Shown in pieces: positions 25,340 through 38,585 of a stretch of DNA of 64,000 nt. The notes under the pieces were generated by a model. It had not been told where the DNA came from, searched no databases, and was given only the letters and a program-made list of their open reading frames with translations. Every line of letters starts with the position of its first letter. Positions within the stretch are counted from its first letter, which is position 1. The DNA lies in contig NC_057719.1 of assembly GCF_004010195.1 (NCBI RefSeq), positions 94,818,299-94,882,298 on the forward strand, written 5' to 3'. Position numbers and translations under genes: made by a program. This DNA comes from Chiloscyllium plagiosum. Lineage: Eukaryota.

Positions 25340-27940
25340 TGCTCACAGCCATGCGCCGCCACCGAATCTCTCATCAGTCAGTCCTGACGCAGCGCAGGGC
25401 CACACAGTCCCAGACCTCTGCTGTTTTAAATTCTCAGAATAAATCACACGCACAACAAATGCTTTTTCTCCATCATATCAGACATAAAACATTGGAAGTA
25501 AAACAAACTTTCATGTACCAACCTCAAGACATGGGTTTTCACGACCATTCTAGAATCTTCTACTGGTCTCTGGAACTGCTCAGATGCAAACAGCCATGTG
25601 GCTGCTCCAGCCATGAAGATCGCGGCAAGCCATGTTATCATGTCGGCCCCCGCCAACCAAAGACACTATCGAACATGCTGCCTCCACAAACGCTGTCCAG
25701 ATACACACCACCGCGATCACTGTACAAACAAACACCACCGCGATCACTATCCAGATAAACACCACCGCGATCACTATCCAGACAAACACCACCGCGATCA
25801 CTATCCAAACAACAACCACCGCGATCACTGTCCACACAAACACCACCGTGATCACTGTCCAGACAAACACCACCGCGATCACTATCCAGACAAACACAAC
25901 CGTGATCACTGTCCAGACAAACACAACCGCGATCACTATCCAGACAAACACAACCGCGATCACTATCCAGACAAACATCACCGCGATCACTGTCCAGACA
26001 ATTACCACCGTGATCACTGTCCAGACAAACACCACCGCGATCGCTGTCCAAACACCACCGCGATCACTGTCCAGACAAACACAACCGCGATCACTATCCA
26101 GACAAACACAACCGTGATCACTGTCCACACAAACGCCACCGCGATCACTGTCCAGACAAACACAACCGCGATCACTATCCAGACAAATACCACCGTGATC
26201 ACTGTCCAGACAAACACCACCGCGATCACTGTCCAGAGAAACACCACCGCGATCACTGTCCAGACAAACACCTCCGCGATCACTATCCAGACAAACACCA
26301 CCATGGTCACTGTCCAGACAAACACAACCGCGATCACTGTCCTGAAAAACACCACCGCGATCACTATCCAGACAAACACCACCGCGATCACTGTCCAGAG
26401 AAACACCACCGCGATCTCCGGGAAGCCTACCTTCTCCGTGACCGCCGCCGGATACACATCTGCCGGCACCGACCAATACCTACTCTGCACATCACTTCTG
26501 CCCCCACATCGTTGACACCACTCCTGAGCCATAACCACATCAACTCCAGTTGCAGTGTCCCCCCCCAACCCCATCTCCAGCCCCATCCCTGGTGAGTTTT
26601 ATCTATTCCCTCAGACCCCCCCTGCGCTGAGGATGAATGTTTAATCCTCACCAAAGCCCTTACTTTCATCCCACTACGCTCCTGGACTAACGCGTTCGAC
26701 ACGTGTTGCAACTTTGAGCATTTCTTCCGCAGCCTCCGGGGCCACTTTTTTAATCAAGACTCCCGACCACCCATTGAGGACCCCTTCTCTCATTTCCAAC
26801 ACACCCCATCCACCTGGACAACGCGTGTTGGCCTGTTATCTGCCCTCGATCTCTTCATTTCTAACTGCCGTCGTGACATAGGCTGCCTTAACCCGTCTCT
26901 CCTCACCCCCCACTCCAACATGTCACCATCACAACGGAGGGAGATGTAGAGGGATTGGATGTCCATGGCGAAGATTTTGGGGTAGCATTTTTGCAAGAGG
27001 TAGAGTGGGAGGTAGGGTAGGGTCAGGTTCACGCCCCCAAGAACCCACCCTCCCGTCCTTGCACCTTCCCCTGCCACAGCAGAAATTCCAAAACCTGCGC
27101 CCACACCTCCCCCCTCACCTCCATCCAAGGCCCTAAAGGAGCCTTCCACATCCATCAAAGTTTTACCTGCACATCCACCAATGTCATTTATTGTATACAT
27201 TGCTCCTGATGCGGTCCCCGTCTACATTGGGGAGACTGGACGCCTCCTCACAGAGCGCTTTAGGGAACATCTCCGTGTTCAACCACACCGCCCCGTGGCC
27301 CAGCATTTCAACTCCCCCTCCCACTCAGCTGAGGACATGGAGGTCCTGGGCCTCCTTCACTGTCGCTCCCTCACTGCCCGATGCCTGGAGGAAGAAGCCT
27401 CATCTTCCACCTTGGAGCACTTCAACCCCAGGGCATCAATGTGGACTTCACCAGCTTCCTCATTTCCCCCCCCCCACACCTCACCCCAGTTCCAACCTTC
27501 CAGCTCAGCACCGTCCTCATGACCTGTCCTACCTGGAGGAGAAAGTGAGGTCTGCAGATGCTGGAGATCAAAGTTGAAACTTTATTGCTGGAACAGCACA
27601 GCAGGTCAGGCAGCATCCAGGGAACAGGAGATTCGACGTTTCGGGCACAGGCCCTTCTTCAGGAAGGGCCTACCTACCTACCAATCTGTCCTACCTACCA
27701 ATCTTCCTTCCCACCTGTCCACTCCACCTTCCTCTCTGACCTATCACCTCCATCCCCACCTCCATCCACCTATATACCCTTTGCTACCTCTCTCCAGCCC
27801 AACCCCCATTTATCTCTCCACTCCAGAGGCTCCCAGCCTTCATTCCTGATGAAGGGCTTTTGCCCAAAACATCGATTCCTCTGCTCCTCGGATGCTGCCT
27901 GACCTGCTGTACTTTTCCAGTATCACTCTAATCTAGACCC
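25340..27940 (+). mobile_element. Rearranged Penelope-like element: N-terminal ORF region, minisatellite, pre-RT region, inverted RT piece, GIY-YIG, pLTR
   Basis: MLTAMRRH (25342); IPSDPPCAEDECLILTKALTFIPLR...EHFFRSLR (~26600-26740); minus-strand IFAMDIQSLYISL (~26940-26980); VYIGETGRLLTERFREHLR (~27220); pLTR with CTGATGA motif at ~27846. Confidence 0.75.
25706..26416 (+). repeat. 27-bp minisatellite (consensus CACCACCGCGATCACTGTCCAGACAAA), about 26 copies
   Basis: Direct tandem repeats that read as HHRDHCPDK / TTAITVQTN / PPRSLSRQT 9-mers. One shortened unit near 26030-26052 shifts the frame. Confidence 0.95.
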
Positions 27941-27999
27941 TCACAATGCACGGTCCCCCACTTCCTCCACTCCAACCCCAGCCTCACCATCAAACCTGA

Positions 28000-30055
28000 G
28001 GACGAGGGGGGGGTGGGGTGCAATGGTAGTTTGGTGCACTGATCTCTACACCGCTGAAGCTAAGTGCCAATTCGCAGACACTTCCTTCTACTGCCCCCTC
28101 AACAACGGCCTCACCTCCCATCACCAAACCATCATCTCCCGGACTGTCAACAATCTCATCACCTCAGGGGATCTCCCATCCACAGCATCCAACTTCATCG
28201 TCCGCAAACCCCTCACCGCCCGATTCTGTGTCTTACCGAAGATTCACAAACCTGACTGTCCCGATCGACCCATTGTCTCAGCCTGCTCCTGTCCTACTGA
28301 ACTTATCTCTGCCTACCTTAACACCGTCCTGGTCCCCCTTAGTCCAAGAACTCCCCACTTATGTTTGGGACACCATCCATGCCCTTTGCCAAGACTTTCA
28401 TTTCCCTGGCCCCCAACACCTTATCTTCACCATTGACATTCAGTCCCTGGACACATCTATCCGCCCAAACATAGGCCTCCAAGCCCTTTGTTTCTGCCCC
28501 TCATGCCGTCCCAACCAATACCCCTCCACTGGCACCCTAATCCACCGGGCTGAACTGGTCCTCACCCTTAAGAACTTCTCCTCCAATCTTCCCACTTCCT
28601 TCAAACCAAAGGGGTAGCCATGGGCACCTGCATGGGTTCCAGCTATGCCTGCCTCTTTGATAGATACATGGAACAGTCCATCTTGCACAGCTACAGCGGC
28701 ACCAGTGCCCACCTTTTCCTTCGCTACGTTGTTGACTGTATTGGCACTACCTCATGCTCCCACGAAGAGGTTGAACAGTTCATCAACTTCACTAACACCT
28801 TTCACCCCAATCTCAAATTCACCTGGACCATCTCAGACTCCTCTCTCCCCTTCCTGGACCTCTCCATCTCCATTTCCAGCAACTGACTCAACACGGACAA
28901 CCACTGGAAACCCACTGAATCCCACAGCTAACTGGCCTACACCTCCTCCCACCCTGCTAACCCTTATTCCCAATTCCTCCCCCTCCACCACATTAATTCC
29001 TAGGATGACCAATTCCTCCATAGAAAATCCCAGATGGCCTCCTTCTTCAACAACCGCAATTTCCCCTCCCATGTGGTTGACGATGCTTTCCGGTGCATTT
29101 CCTCCACTTCCCCCATCTCCGCCTTGAAACCCACCCCCTCCAACTGCAACAAGGACAGAACCCCCCGGTCCCCGCCTTCCACCCCAGCAACCTCTGTATA
29201 CATTGCATCATCCTCCGTCACTTCCGCCACCTACAAACAGACCCCACCACTAGGGATATATTTCCCTCCCCACCCTTATCAGCATTTCAGATCCACGCGC
29301 CCCCACTCACAGCACATTTCTCTGATACTGCAGCAAGTGCAAAACCTGCGCCTACCCCTCCCCCCTCACCTTCGTCCAAGGCCCCAAAGAATCCTTCCAC
29401 TTCTGACAGAAATTTGCTTGTACCTCCACTGATGTCATCTACTGTATCTGTTGCCCCAATATGGTCTCTTTTACATCGGGGAGACAAGATGACAACTTGT
29501 GGATCATTTCAGAGGACATCTCTGGGACTCCTGCACCAACCAACCTCACTGCCTTGTGGCTGAACACTTTAATGTCGCCTCCCACTCTACCAAGGACATG
29601 CAGGTCCTGGGTCTCCTCCATCGCCAAGCCCTAACCACCCAGCGCTTCATCTTCTGCCTTGGGACCCTGCAACCACATGGGATTAAAGTGGATTTCACCA
29701 GTTTTCTCATTTCTCCTCCCCCCACATTATCCCAGTGCCAAGTCTCCAACTCAATACTGCCCTCTTGACCTGTCCATCGTCTTTGCCATCTGTTTGCTCC
29801 ACCCTCTTCTCCAACCTATCACCTTCTTCCCCACCTTCATCCACCTATCGCATTCCCAGCTCCCTTCCCCCCAGCCCCACCCCCCCTCCCATTAATCTCG
29901 TAGCCCCCTTGGCCCACAAGCCTCATTCCTGATGAAGGGCTTATGCCCAGAACGTTGATTCCCCTGCTCCTTGGATGCTGCCTGACCTGCTGTGCTTTTC
30001 CAGCACCACTCTCTCAACTCTGATCGCCAGTATCTGCAGTCCTCAATTTCTCCTT
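28000..30055 (+). mobile_element. Penelope-like element, RT plus GIY-YIG plus pLTR (pseudogenised)
   Basis: VVWCTDLY, LPKIHKPDCPDRPIVS, FTIDIQSLDTSI, GVAMGTCMGSSYACLF, FLRYVVDC (decayed YIDD), LPFLDLSIS, YIGET, LGTLQPHGI. Confidence 0.9.
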
Positions 30056-30354
30056 GCTGGAACATTCATATGGTAGATGTTAGAAAAGCATTTTAATTTC
30101 CATTGACCTCTTGGCTACCTTCCAATGATATCAGGAAACATAGAGAATCCTGGCAAAATTATGCGAGCAACTATCTTAGAATGAGTAACATAATTTCAAA
30201 CGTGAAGGGTATTTTAAATGCACATTTCATGTTGTTGAATATGTGATGTTGTAGACGAGAATGACTTCTTTTACTGAATTGGGAGCTGCAGCTGACAGTC
30301 CAAAATTGTTTCAGAAAGGCACTTCAACATGTCAGTTCACTATGAGGGTTTATT

Positions 30355-30562
30355 AGGTAAAAACAAGGGCTGCAGATGCTGGAAACCAGAGTCTAGATTA
30401 GAGTGGTGCTGGAAAAGCACAGCAGGTCAGGCAGCATCCAAGGAGGAGGAAAATCAACGTTTTGGGCAAAAGATGAAGGGCTTTTGCCCGAAACGTCGAT
30501 TTTCCTGCTCCTCAGATGCTGCCTGACCTGCTGTGCTTTTCCAGCACCACTCTAATCTAGAT
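30355..30562. mobile_element. Mini fold-back PLE pLTR insertion
   Basis: Inverted arms tctagattagagtggtgctgg.../...ccagcaccactctaatctaga, with TSD tat(g/t)agggtttatt at 30341-30354 and 30563-30576. Confidence 0.8.
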
Positions 30563-30671
30563 TATTAGGGTTTATTTTTCCGGGAAATAGATCCACGTTA
30601 TTTAGCAGATGTCCAGCAATGCTTTTTGTTTCGGGAAGAGAAATGGAAGAGGTCATTTTATTGTGATGACT

Positions 30672-30708
30672 TCACCTGATGAAGGAGCAGCGCTCTGAAA
30701 GCTTGTGA
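30672..30708 (+). ncRNA. Minimal hammerhead ribozyme motif in a PLE pLTR fragment
   Basis: UCAC-CUGAUGA-A-GGAGC/GCUCU-GAAA-G-CUU-GUGA. Helix I is UCAC/GUGA and helix III is the palindrome AAGCUU. Confidence 0.65.
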
Positions 30709-31959
30709 TTTCAAATAAACTTGTTGACTCTAACCTGGTGCTGTGTGACTTCCAACATTATCCATACCAGTCCCACACTGGCGCATCCTCACTTTCTCCT
30801 TCATGTAATGGTTCAATATACGTCTCCCATTTGGAAAGGAACTATTGCTACTGCATCACAATATTCATCGTCTACTTAAGGAGGTTCCACTGTAATGATT
30901 ACGATTTTGAATGTACAGGTCAGATATTGTGACTTCATGTCACACTAGAAAGGTATGAAATTGAATTTAATCTGGCAATTGCACACAGCTTGAGTAAAGT
31001 TGTTGAACAGTTGCAAAAGACCCATTTGGTGCATTACTGTTCTTTAGGAAATAGAATATAACTTTACAACTCTAGCAGGACTACATTTGATTCTAATCTC
31101 ACGTTCTTAATGCCCTATGGAGTTTCTTCAGAAACTGTCAAAACTTTCAATAATTTGCAGGAGACACAGGATGATGGTACACTAATTGTAAATTCTTTCA
31201 GTTACTGGTTAAAAGCAAACATTTCCATCAACTGATGGAATAAGATAACTGGCTTTCATCGGTGTTTCGTTATTTTTACTGCAGAGAAATGGAGACAGGT
31301 GTTTCTACCATGATACGGAACTTCTCCCCTGTACTATTCATGCACACAGGCTGTTCAGCTGCTCATGAGCTAATCAAGTAATTGACGTCAGACTGATGAC
31401 CTCTGCAGTCCACAACCTGTCACATTTATTCAAACCACTCAGCAATCTGTGGAAGGGTTACTTGACCAAAAACTTTAACTCTGATTTCTCTGTCAGAGAC
31501 ATGCCAGACCTGCTGAGCTTTTCCAGCAATCTGCACAACTGTCACACACTCAGGACCTCTTCAGCCCTCTCTTCCACTTGCAAAATTTCATGTCTGATAC
31601 TCTCATTAGAAGCCCTTTGATAACACCACATTGTCACAGACACTGACAGAACAGAAGAAGATTGCTGATCGTCTTACAACACTTTTGTTCATTGTTGGTC
31701 CACCAGTTCTGCATTCTCCATCCAGACTGCCTTCATCATGAAAGCTCCTGACCCATTGACATCACTGACACAATTTTCATTCTTCCCATTGGCAAACATA
31801 CTTTTCCAGTCGGGATGGCTGGCCACAGGGTTCTAGCCTGACACTATACTGGTTAATTAGGTTCACTGCCTGCCTCAAGGTGTGTGACCTCTGGGTTCAG
31901 AAGATCCTGCCAAAGCAGAATGATGGAGAAGAATGTGCATGTAATGATGTTCATATGTG

Positions 31960-32790
31960 CCTTCCGCCCTTTTTTCTTCCGAGTGGAGGAGATCATGAGT
32001 TAGGAAGGTATTGCTGAAGGACTATTGTAGTCCTTTGAGACTGTGTGCCAATAGTGGTGGGAATGAATGCTGAAAATGCTGGATTACAGTGCTGATCACT
32101 TGGGCTGCTTTATCTTGGATGCGGTCCTGAATATTGTAGACATTGCATATATCAAAGCAAGTGGAGAATACATGAGCCCATTGCTGATTAGTACATTATA
32201 GAGATTGGGCATTCAGGAGCTGCTTTACTTGCTACAGCATTCCTAATCTCTGACATGCTCCTGTGGTGACAGTATTTATGTGTTTGACTCAGTTTTTGGT
32301 CACTTGGAATCACTTGGATGTATAAGGTGGGCATTTCAACCATTTTAATGTCATTGAACATAGAAAGTTAATGCTTGGCAAACATGGTACAAATGTGACT
32401 TGTTATGCATCAATCAATGGCTTGAATAATGTTGTATCTAGACATAGACTGCCTCAGTATCCAAGAATTTGTCAGACCATTACATAATTATCAGCAGCCA
32501 TCCCTACTTATGAACTCATGATGAAGCAACCAAAGATGGTTGGGTCTAGGACACCATTGTGAGGAACTTCTGTAGTTATTACTGGGACAGAGGATCTTTT
32601 CCCCAGAAACCATGAGCATCTTCCCATGTGCTCAGTATTGCTCTGGTGAATTATCTCCCTGATTCCCATTGACTTCAATTTTACAAGACCTCCATAATGC
32701 TACCCTCAGTCAAATCTACTTTGGTATCAAGGATGGGCAAGCTCATTTCACCTCTTTATTCAGCTTTAATGTACCAAAGCTGTAATTATG
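31960..32790 (-). mobile_element. Old LINE (L2/CR1-clade) fragment
   Basis: Degenerate similarity to 42895-43670. Confidence 0.5.
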
Positions 32791-33428
32791 TCTGTTTGGT
32801 GAAATCTCAGGTAAGAAGAGCCAACTAATATACCTGTTATTGGAAAACTAATTGTTGCTTTATTTATAATTGTTTCCATTAGGCTATTTCTCTTTTTCTG
32901 GATGGTTGGATTGGATTGCTTGCTGAGTCAGGAATTGTCATTGAATGTGTGAAATCTATTAATAGAAGCAGAGGTAAAATGAACCATGCTATATGGTTAA
33001 TATTTTAACTGGCTTAACAGCTAACTTGTTATCCTGGCGGGGAGACCATTGTAGTCAATGAGGTAAATGAGATACATAGAATTTCCATACTCTGCCAAGG
33101 AAATATGTATAATTAGTATTCCATCCTATGTTGCAATATTATCTAAGCTGCTGTGACTTACTCTGTTTTCTGCCTTACCTAACATTCTCCACCCTGACCC
33201 TCCACCCGCAATACTGAGTAAGCAGTTGCTGACTTCTCTTTAGTTCAAAAGAAAATTAAACAAAATTCAATCTGACCCTTCTGCTGCTTCTCAATCGATC
33301 AATACTCTTCTGTACAGATAACCATGACAATTTCCTCCATTCCTTAATTTAAATCCTCCTCCATTGTGAGCCATTCTTTCATCTGCCTAGGCTCTAAATT
33401 TTGGAATTCTTTCCCGAAACATCCTCAG

Positions 33429-33474
33429 CTCTCTCCATCTCTCTCTCTCTCTTTCTTTCTCTCTCTCTCTTTCT
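33429..33474 (+). repeat. (TC)n-rich microsatellite
   Basis: ctctctctctctttctttctctctctctct. Confidence 0.8.
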
Positions 33475-34259
33475 TTAAAATGCTACTTTAAACCTAGTTC
33501 TATAATCAGGATTTTGACTACCTGTCTCTGCCATATCTTTTTGTGACTCAGTGTCAAGTGCCTGAGATGTTTTCATCCATAAAGGTGCTATATAAATACA
33601 CAGGAGATATGAAATGAGTAACATCAAAATATTCAAATAGAACATTCAATGTTTAAAATAAAGCATTATCTTTAAAAAAGCACAAAGAAACAATATTTAA
33701 TTATGCATGTTTATTCAAATATTAACTCAAAAATGGCACTCTCTTTTATTTAAAATAATTAATGTCTCCTCATGACATTGTTAGTCAAGAGTGCAACAAT
33801 TAATAGGAAAAGGAACATTCAAGGTTTCTCCATAAAAGAACAAATCAACCACAATAAGTTACACTTCTATCATGTTGAAAAATATCCCCAGGTGCGTTAC
33901 AAAAATTTCATAAAGAAAGAAATGAACACTGAAACAAAGATAAAATGAATAGGCTGGTGGGTGTTACAGGACGGGTGGGGCTATGGGCTGTTCAGTGAAG
34001 AGTCAGAGTTTCAGGGAGATAAATCACTGCCCTGAGTGCCAATGATCCGGGATATTTCTTTGATGACCAGCTGCAGAGATATAGCAGTGATGTGCTCACA
34101 AGATTGTGCCCCTGAATCAAATCTCGATAGAGAATCCTTTGATGGACAGTGCAAGTGAAAGCCTTACCAGTAATTCTGGTGAGGGTTGGATGACTTCCTC
34201 CTAAGATTCAGAGGCAGAGCCAAGTATGAGCAATATGATATCTAGATTTCGGGGTTAAG

Positions 34260-34680
34260 TTGTGAGGGGAGATTATACAAATGAGTCCTATTTTCTCTAG
34301 AATTTAGAAGGTTAAGCAGTGATCTGATCAAAGTCTTCAAGATATTAACAGGAAAGGTAGATGATAGATAAAAATAAACTATTTCCACTATTTGGAAGGT
34401 CTAAAACTAAGGGGTATAGTCTGAGAATCAGGGCCAGACGGTTCAGGAGAGATGTTCGGAAGCATTTGTAAACACAAAGTGTTTGAACTCTCTTTCACAA
34501 ATGACAGGGGATGCTGGGTCAGTTGTTCATTTTAAATCTGAGGTAGATAAGTTTTTGTTAAGCAAAGATATTAAGGGATATGGACAAAAAGAAGGTAAGT
34601 GGAATTAGGTCAGATGAGCCATGATTTCATTGAACAGTGGGACAGGCTCAAGGGGCCGAATGCTCTGCTGCTGTTTGTAA
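34260..34680 (+). mobile_element. CR1 LINE 3' fragment
   Basis: LFSLEFRRLSSDLIKVFKIL, KTKGYSLRI and a ggggccgaatg tail. Confidence 0.75.
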
Positions 34681-35413
34681 GTTCCAGTGCTGGCCTGCTT
34701 TTCATTGCAGTTCACAGGATTCCATTCCAACCTAAATGAGGGAAGAGAAGGAACGAATTGTGAAACAAGGTTATTTTTTCTGGATAAGAATGAGTTCTCA
34801 CTGGCATTCTTAGGAGAGCAGTACAGCATGATGAAGCATATTTAGTTGGTTGCTTATGGAATATTTATCATCTCCACATGGGCCGTGTCCCTCTTTTATC
34901 TCTACCTGCAGCATTGTCTCCTGACATGGAAGGAGCAGGAGGAGATGTTGGCCAACAGCAGTTTCAATTGGGATAGCTGTACCTGAACTCAAAGCCCTGG
35001 AAAATACTGGCCAATATAGTAAGAAGGACCCACATATAGTTAGAACTAACGCTACATTATAGGCTCCTTATTTACTTAGCTTGACTGACTGTACTCACAA
35101 CACTCAATATTTAATAATCTTTTGCAACAAGTACATTCATTCACTGTTAGTCAGGTAAATGAACAGAGAAATATGGAGTTACAAAGAACTTAAATTCACA
35201 AATCATGTGAGAATGTCTGTTCCATGTTTATAGTGGTTTTAAGTGGTTGACCAGATCTCTCACCTTCTCTCTGTTGACTGCATTACTGAAATTATTGAAC
35301 TTTATATACTTTAAGTTCTGTCAGGTGGCAGTTGAAGGCTGATCCTGACTTTCTGATGTTCTTTGGTTGAATTCCATTCAAATCCAGACATGAGCTCTGG
35401 GTGTTTTGCTGAT

Positions 35414-36270
35414 TAGGAGAAAGTGAGGACTGCAGATGCTGGAGATCAGAGCTGAAAAATGTGTTGCTGGAAAAGCGCAGCAGGTCAGGCAGCATCCAAG
35501 GAGCAAGAGAATCGACATTTCAGGCATAAGCCCTTCTTCAGGAATGAGGAAGGTGTGCCAAGCAGGCTAAGATAAAAGGTAGGGAGGAGGGACTTGGGGG
35601 AGGAGCATTGGGAATGCGATAGGTGGAAGGAGGTTAAGGTGAGGGTGATAGGCCGGAGAGGGGGTGGGGNNNNNNNNNNNNNNNNNNNNNNNNNNNNNNN
35701 NNNNNNNNNNNNNNNNNNNNNNNNNNNNNNNNNNNNNNNNNNNNNNNNNNNNNNNNNNNNNNNNNNNNNNNNNNNNNNNNNNNNNNNNNNNNNNNTCTCC
35801 CCAATGTAGAGGAGGCCACATCGGGTGCAGCGGATGCAATAGATGATGTGTGTGGAGGTGAAGGTGAATTTCTGATGGATATGGAAGGATCCCTTGGGGC
35901 CTTGGAGGGAAGTGAGGGGGGAGATGTGGGCGCACGTTTTGCATTTCTTGCGATTGCAGGGGAAGGTGCCGGGAGTGGAGGTTGGGTTGGTGGGGGGTGT
36001 GGACCTGATGAGGGAGTCGCGGAGGGAGTCGTCTTTCCAGAACGCTGTTAGAGGAGGGGTGGCAGAAATGATGAAGGATGATATGATGTATCTGGAGGTT
36101 GGTGGGTGGAAGGTGAGGACCAGTGGGGTCCTGTCCTGGTGGCGATTGGAGGGGTGGGGTTCAAGGGCGGAGGAGCGGGAAGTGGAGGAGATGCGGTGGA
36201 GAGCATCATCAACCATGTCTGAGGGGAAATTGCGGTCTTTGGAGAAGGAGGCCACCTGGGTTGTTCGGTA
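35414..36270 (-). mobile_element. Penelope-like element 3' part (Zn-finger linker plus GIY-YIG), spanning N gap 35670-35794
   Basis: GTFPCNRKKCKTCAH...IIYCIRCTRCGLLYIGE, followed by the pLTR. Confidence 0.88.
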
Positions 36271-37149
36271 TTTTGCTGATTGACTAGTTATTGGCTGTTC
36301 ATACTAAGTCCTGCAGGTGGCAACTGGCACATATCTATGTCTCAAACCCTTCAAAGTCTGTTTACAACTTTTCTAAGAAATCCTCTTTCTCCTCTCTTGT
36401 TAACAACGCCTGCTTTACTATGAGCAAATTCATTGGTATGTCATTTCACAGTCAAAGTTTGAGGAAAACAAGCTGCGTCCTATTTCTGTCTGCTCCCGAT
36501 GTCTCAAAGTATGATAAATGTTTTTTGTTAAGCTTAAGCATGAAGTAAACTCTTTTTGGTGAAATCAATGCTATCCCAACAGGTTTAGCAGAACCTCTCA
36601 AGAGAGAAACAGCAACATTTCAGGCTGATGATCTTTTATAACATTTCATTGCTTCTTTTTCCACACATTTTGCCAGATTTCTGTGTACTAATAGAATTTT
36701 CTATTTTATTTCCAATTTCTAGCATATGCAGTATTTTGCTGCTGTATTCTGATTAACAGTTTAGTTTAAAGGATAAATATTGGCCAGAATAATTCTCCAG
36801 ATTGTCTTCCTATTCTGACTTGATTTTGCATAAATCTGAATTGATATAAAATAATTCAGTTTATTATCTGATTAGAAAGATTTGATTGCATTTCTTCCAT
36901 ACTGCACTGAAATGTCAGACTATATGTTTGAAATTTGGTGTGAAACTTTAATTGCCAATCTGATTCCAAGCCAATCTTGCAACCATCATGGCATTCAATG
37001 GATATTGGTCAAATATCGCACTCTAGATTCTCACCACTGAAATGGATAGCATGAATTTTCCAGGTTATTAAAATCTTTGGCTTTATTAGCACCAGCAACA
37101 AAAACACAATTATGTTGGCTAACTCTAAATGGGGGGTGGGGGGTCCAGC

Positions 37150-37466
37150 AGCATGGTGGCTCAGTGGTTAGCACTACTGCCTCACAGCTCCAGGGTTCCA
37201 GGTTTGATTCCAGCCTCGGGCGACTGTCTGTGTGGGGTTTGCACATTCTCCCAGTGTCTGCGTGGGTTTCCTCCGGGTGCTCCAGTTTCCTCCCACAGTC
37301 CAAAGATGTGCTGGTCAAGTGAATTGGCCATGCTAAATTGCCCAGAGTGCTAGGTGCATTAGTCAGAGGGAAATGGGTCTGGGTGGGTCACTCTTCAGAG
37401 AGTTGGTGTGGACTAGTTGGGCCGAAGGGCCTGTTTCCACACTGTAGGAAATCTAATCTAATCTAA
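37150..37466 (+). mobile_element. HE1-type SINE
   Basis: A/B boxes, HER1-like 3' end and (AATCT)n tail. Confidence 0.9.
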
Positions 37467-38585
37467 GTGGAAAGTGTTAGGCCATGAATTATCTGTCATG
37501 GTTCTCTGAAAATGAACCTTATAATCTGTGGAAGACTAGAGTAATTATGTGGATTGTGGTTACTGAATTGTTGAAGAAGAAACAAATAGGGTCTTGGCAC
37601 TTTTGCTACCATTCAACAGCAAGACAAATTACAACAGTATTTTTGAGAACTGGAACCTGATTTGACCACAGATAAATGTTTCAGTAAACTGTTAATTTTT
37701 GTTGATAAGATGTATCAAAAAGATGATTTGCTAACTGCTTGTAAAGTGTGGTCAGGTTTTGACAAATTTAGGAAAGCGAAGCCTCCAGAAACTCCAGCTG
37801 GAAGTTCCACAGTCTGAGCTCATGTTTAAAGGGACAGAGCATAGACAGATCTGTAGTTTTTTTACAAGAGCTACATTTGCAGAAAGACAGCATCCCTGTC
37901 AACGTGTGATACAAATTGGACAATCGGCCATATTACAGAAAATGGGGGCCACAATGGTAATGAGCTGATGGGGCTGTCTATGTATAGTTTGTCAGCAAAA
38001 GAATGGAAGAAGATTTTATACTAAAGGAAATGAAGGCAGGAGGGTGTGAAAGTGTAAACTTCAGAGCTTTAATCACTGCTCATAGACTGTGAGAATCAGC
38101 AATAACTCTGCCTGGAATAAGCATTTAAGGACAAAGCCAAACTCATGCAGCAATTGAAAACAATTAGCCACGTCTGGGAGAAAAAGGAGTCGAAGCTACA
38201 TGAGTTGATACCTGTTTTGATACCTGCTTGATAACTGGCTGCTTTATGCCACAAGGACAATTGATTGCCTGGCAGAAGAATTTAAGGAGTTAATCATGGG
38301 AAAGCTGTGTCTTCAAGCAGATAGACCAATGCCAAATGTAACAAGGAACAAGGAAGTGACTTCTGGTGAGAAGGCAAACTGCAGATTTGGTGGTTCCAGA
38401 GGAGTAATCAATATTTTGGATGAAAGAATCTAAAGGATCATTAATACAGTCACACCACAAACTTGAGGATGAAAATATTGCATAACAATCCAACACCAGA
38501 ACAATTTGTTATCACAACTTTGAAAAATAACATTGCACAAGGATTGGATCCTAGACTCTTCCAGGGACAGATACTGTGGGTCGGA

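Noticed and set aside
25706..26416. CRISPR-like periodic array
   Set aside because: The units are contiguous with no unique spacers, there are no cas genes, and the DNA is vertebrate.
25580..26586. Long ORFs (298, 305, 190 aa) resembling His/Cys-rich, mucin-like or membrane proteins
   Set aside because: They are produced by a stop-poor 27-bp tandem repeat open in several frames within a decayed PLE. There is no gene context.
31383..31390. Perfect CRE palindrome TGACGTCA
   Set aside because: A single 8-mer is expected roughly once per window by chance.
33022..33064. Resemblance to the U1 snRNA 5' end (cctggcggggagaccat)
   Set aside because: Only ~20 nt of gapped similarity, the ACTTACC end is not intact, and no downstream U1 sequence or Sm site follows.
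282..37100. Expected ARHGAP42 3' exons (convergent neighbour of PGR in human)
   Set aside because: No RhoGAP or SH3 coding exon was found by manual translation. The gene probably lies outside the window.
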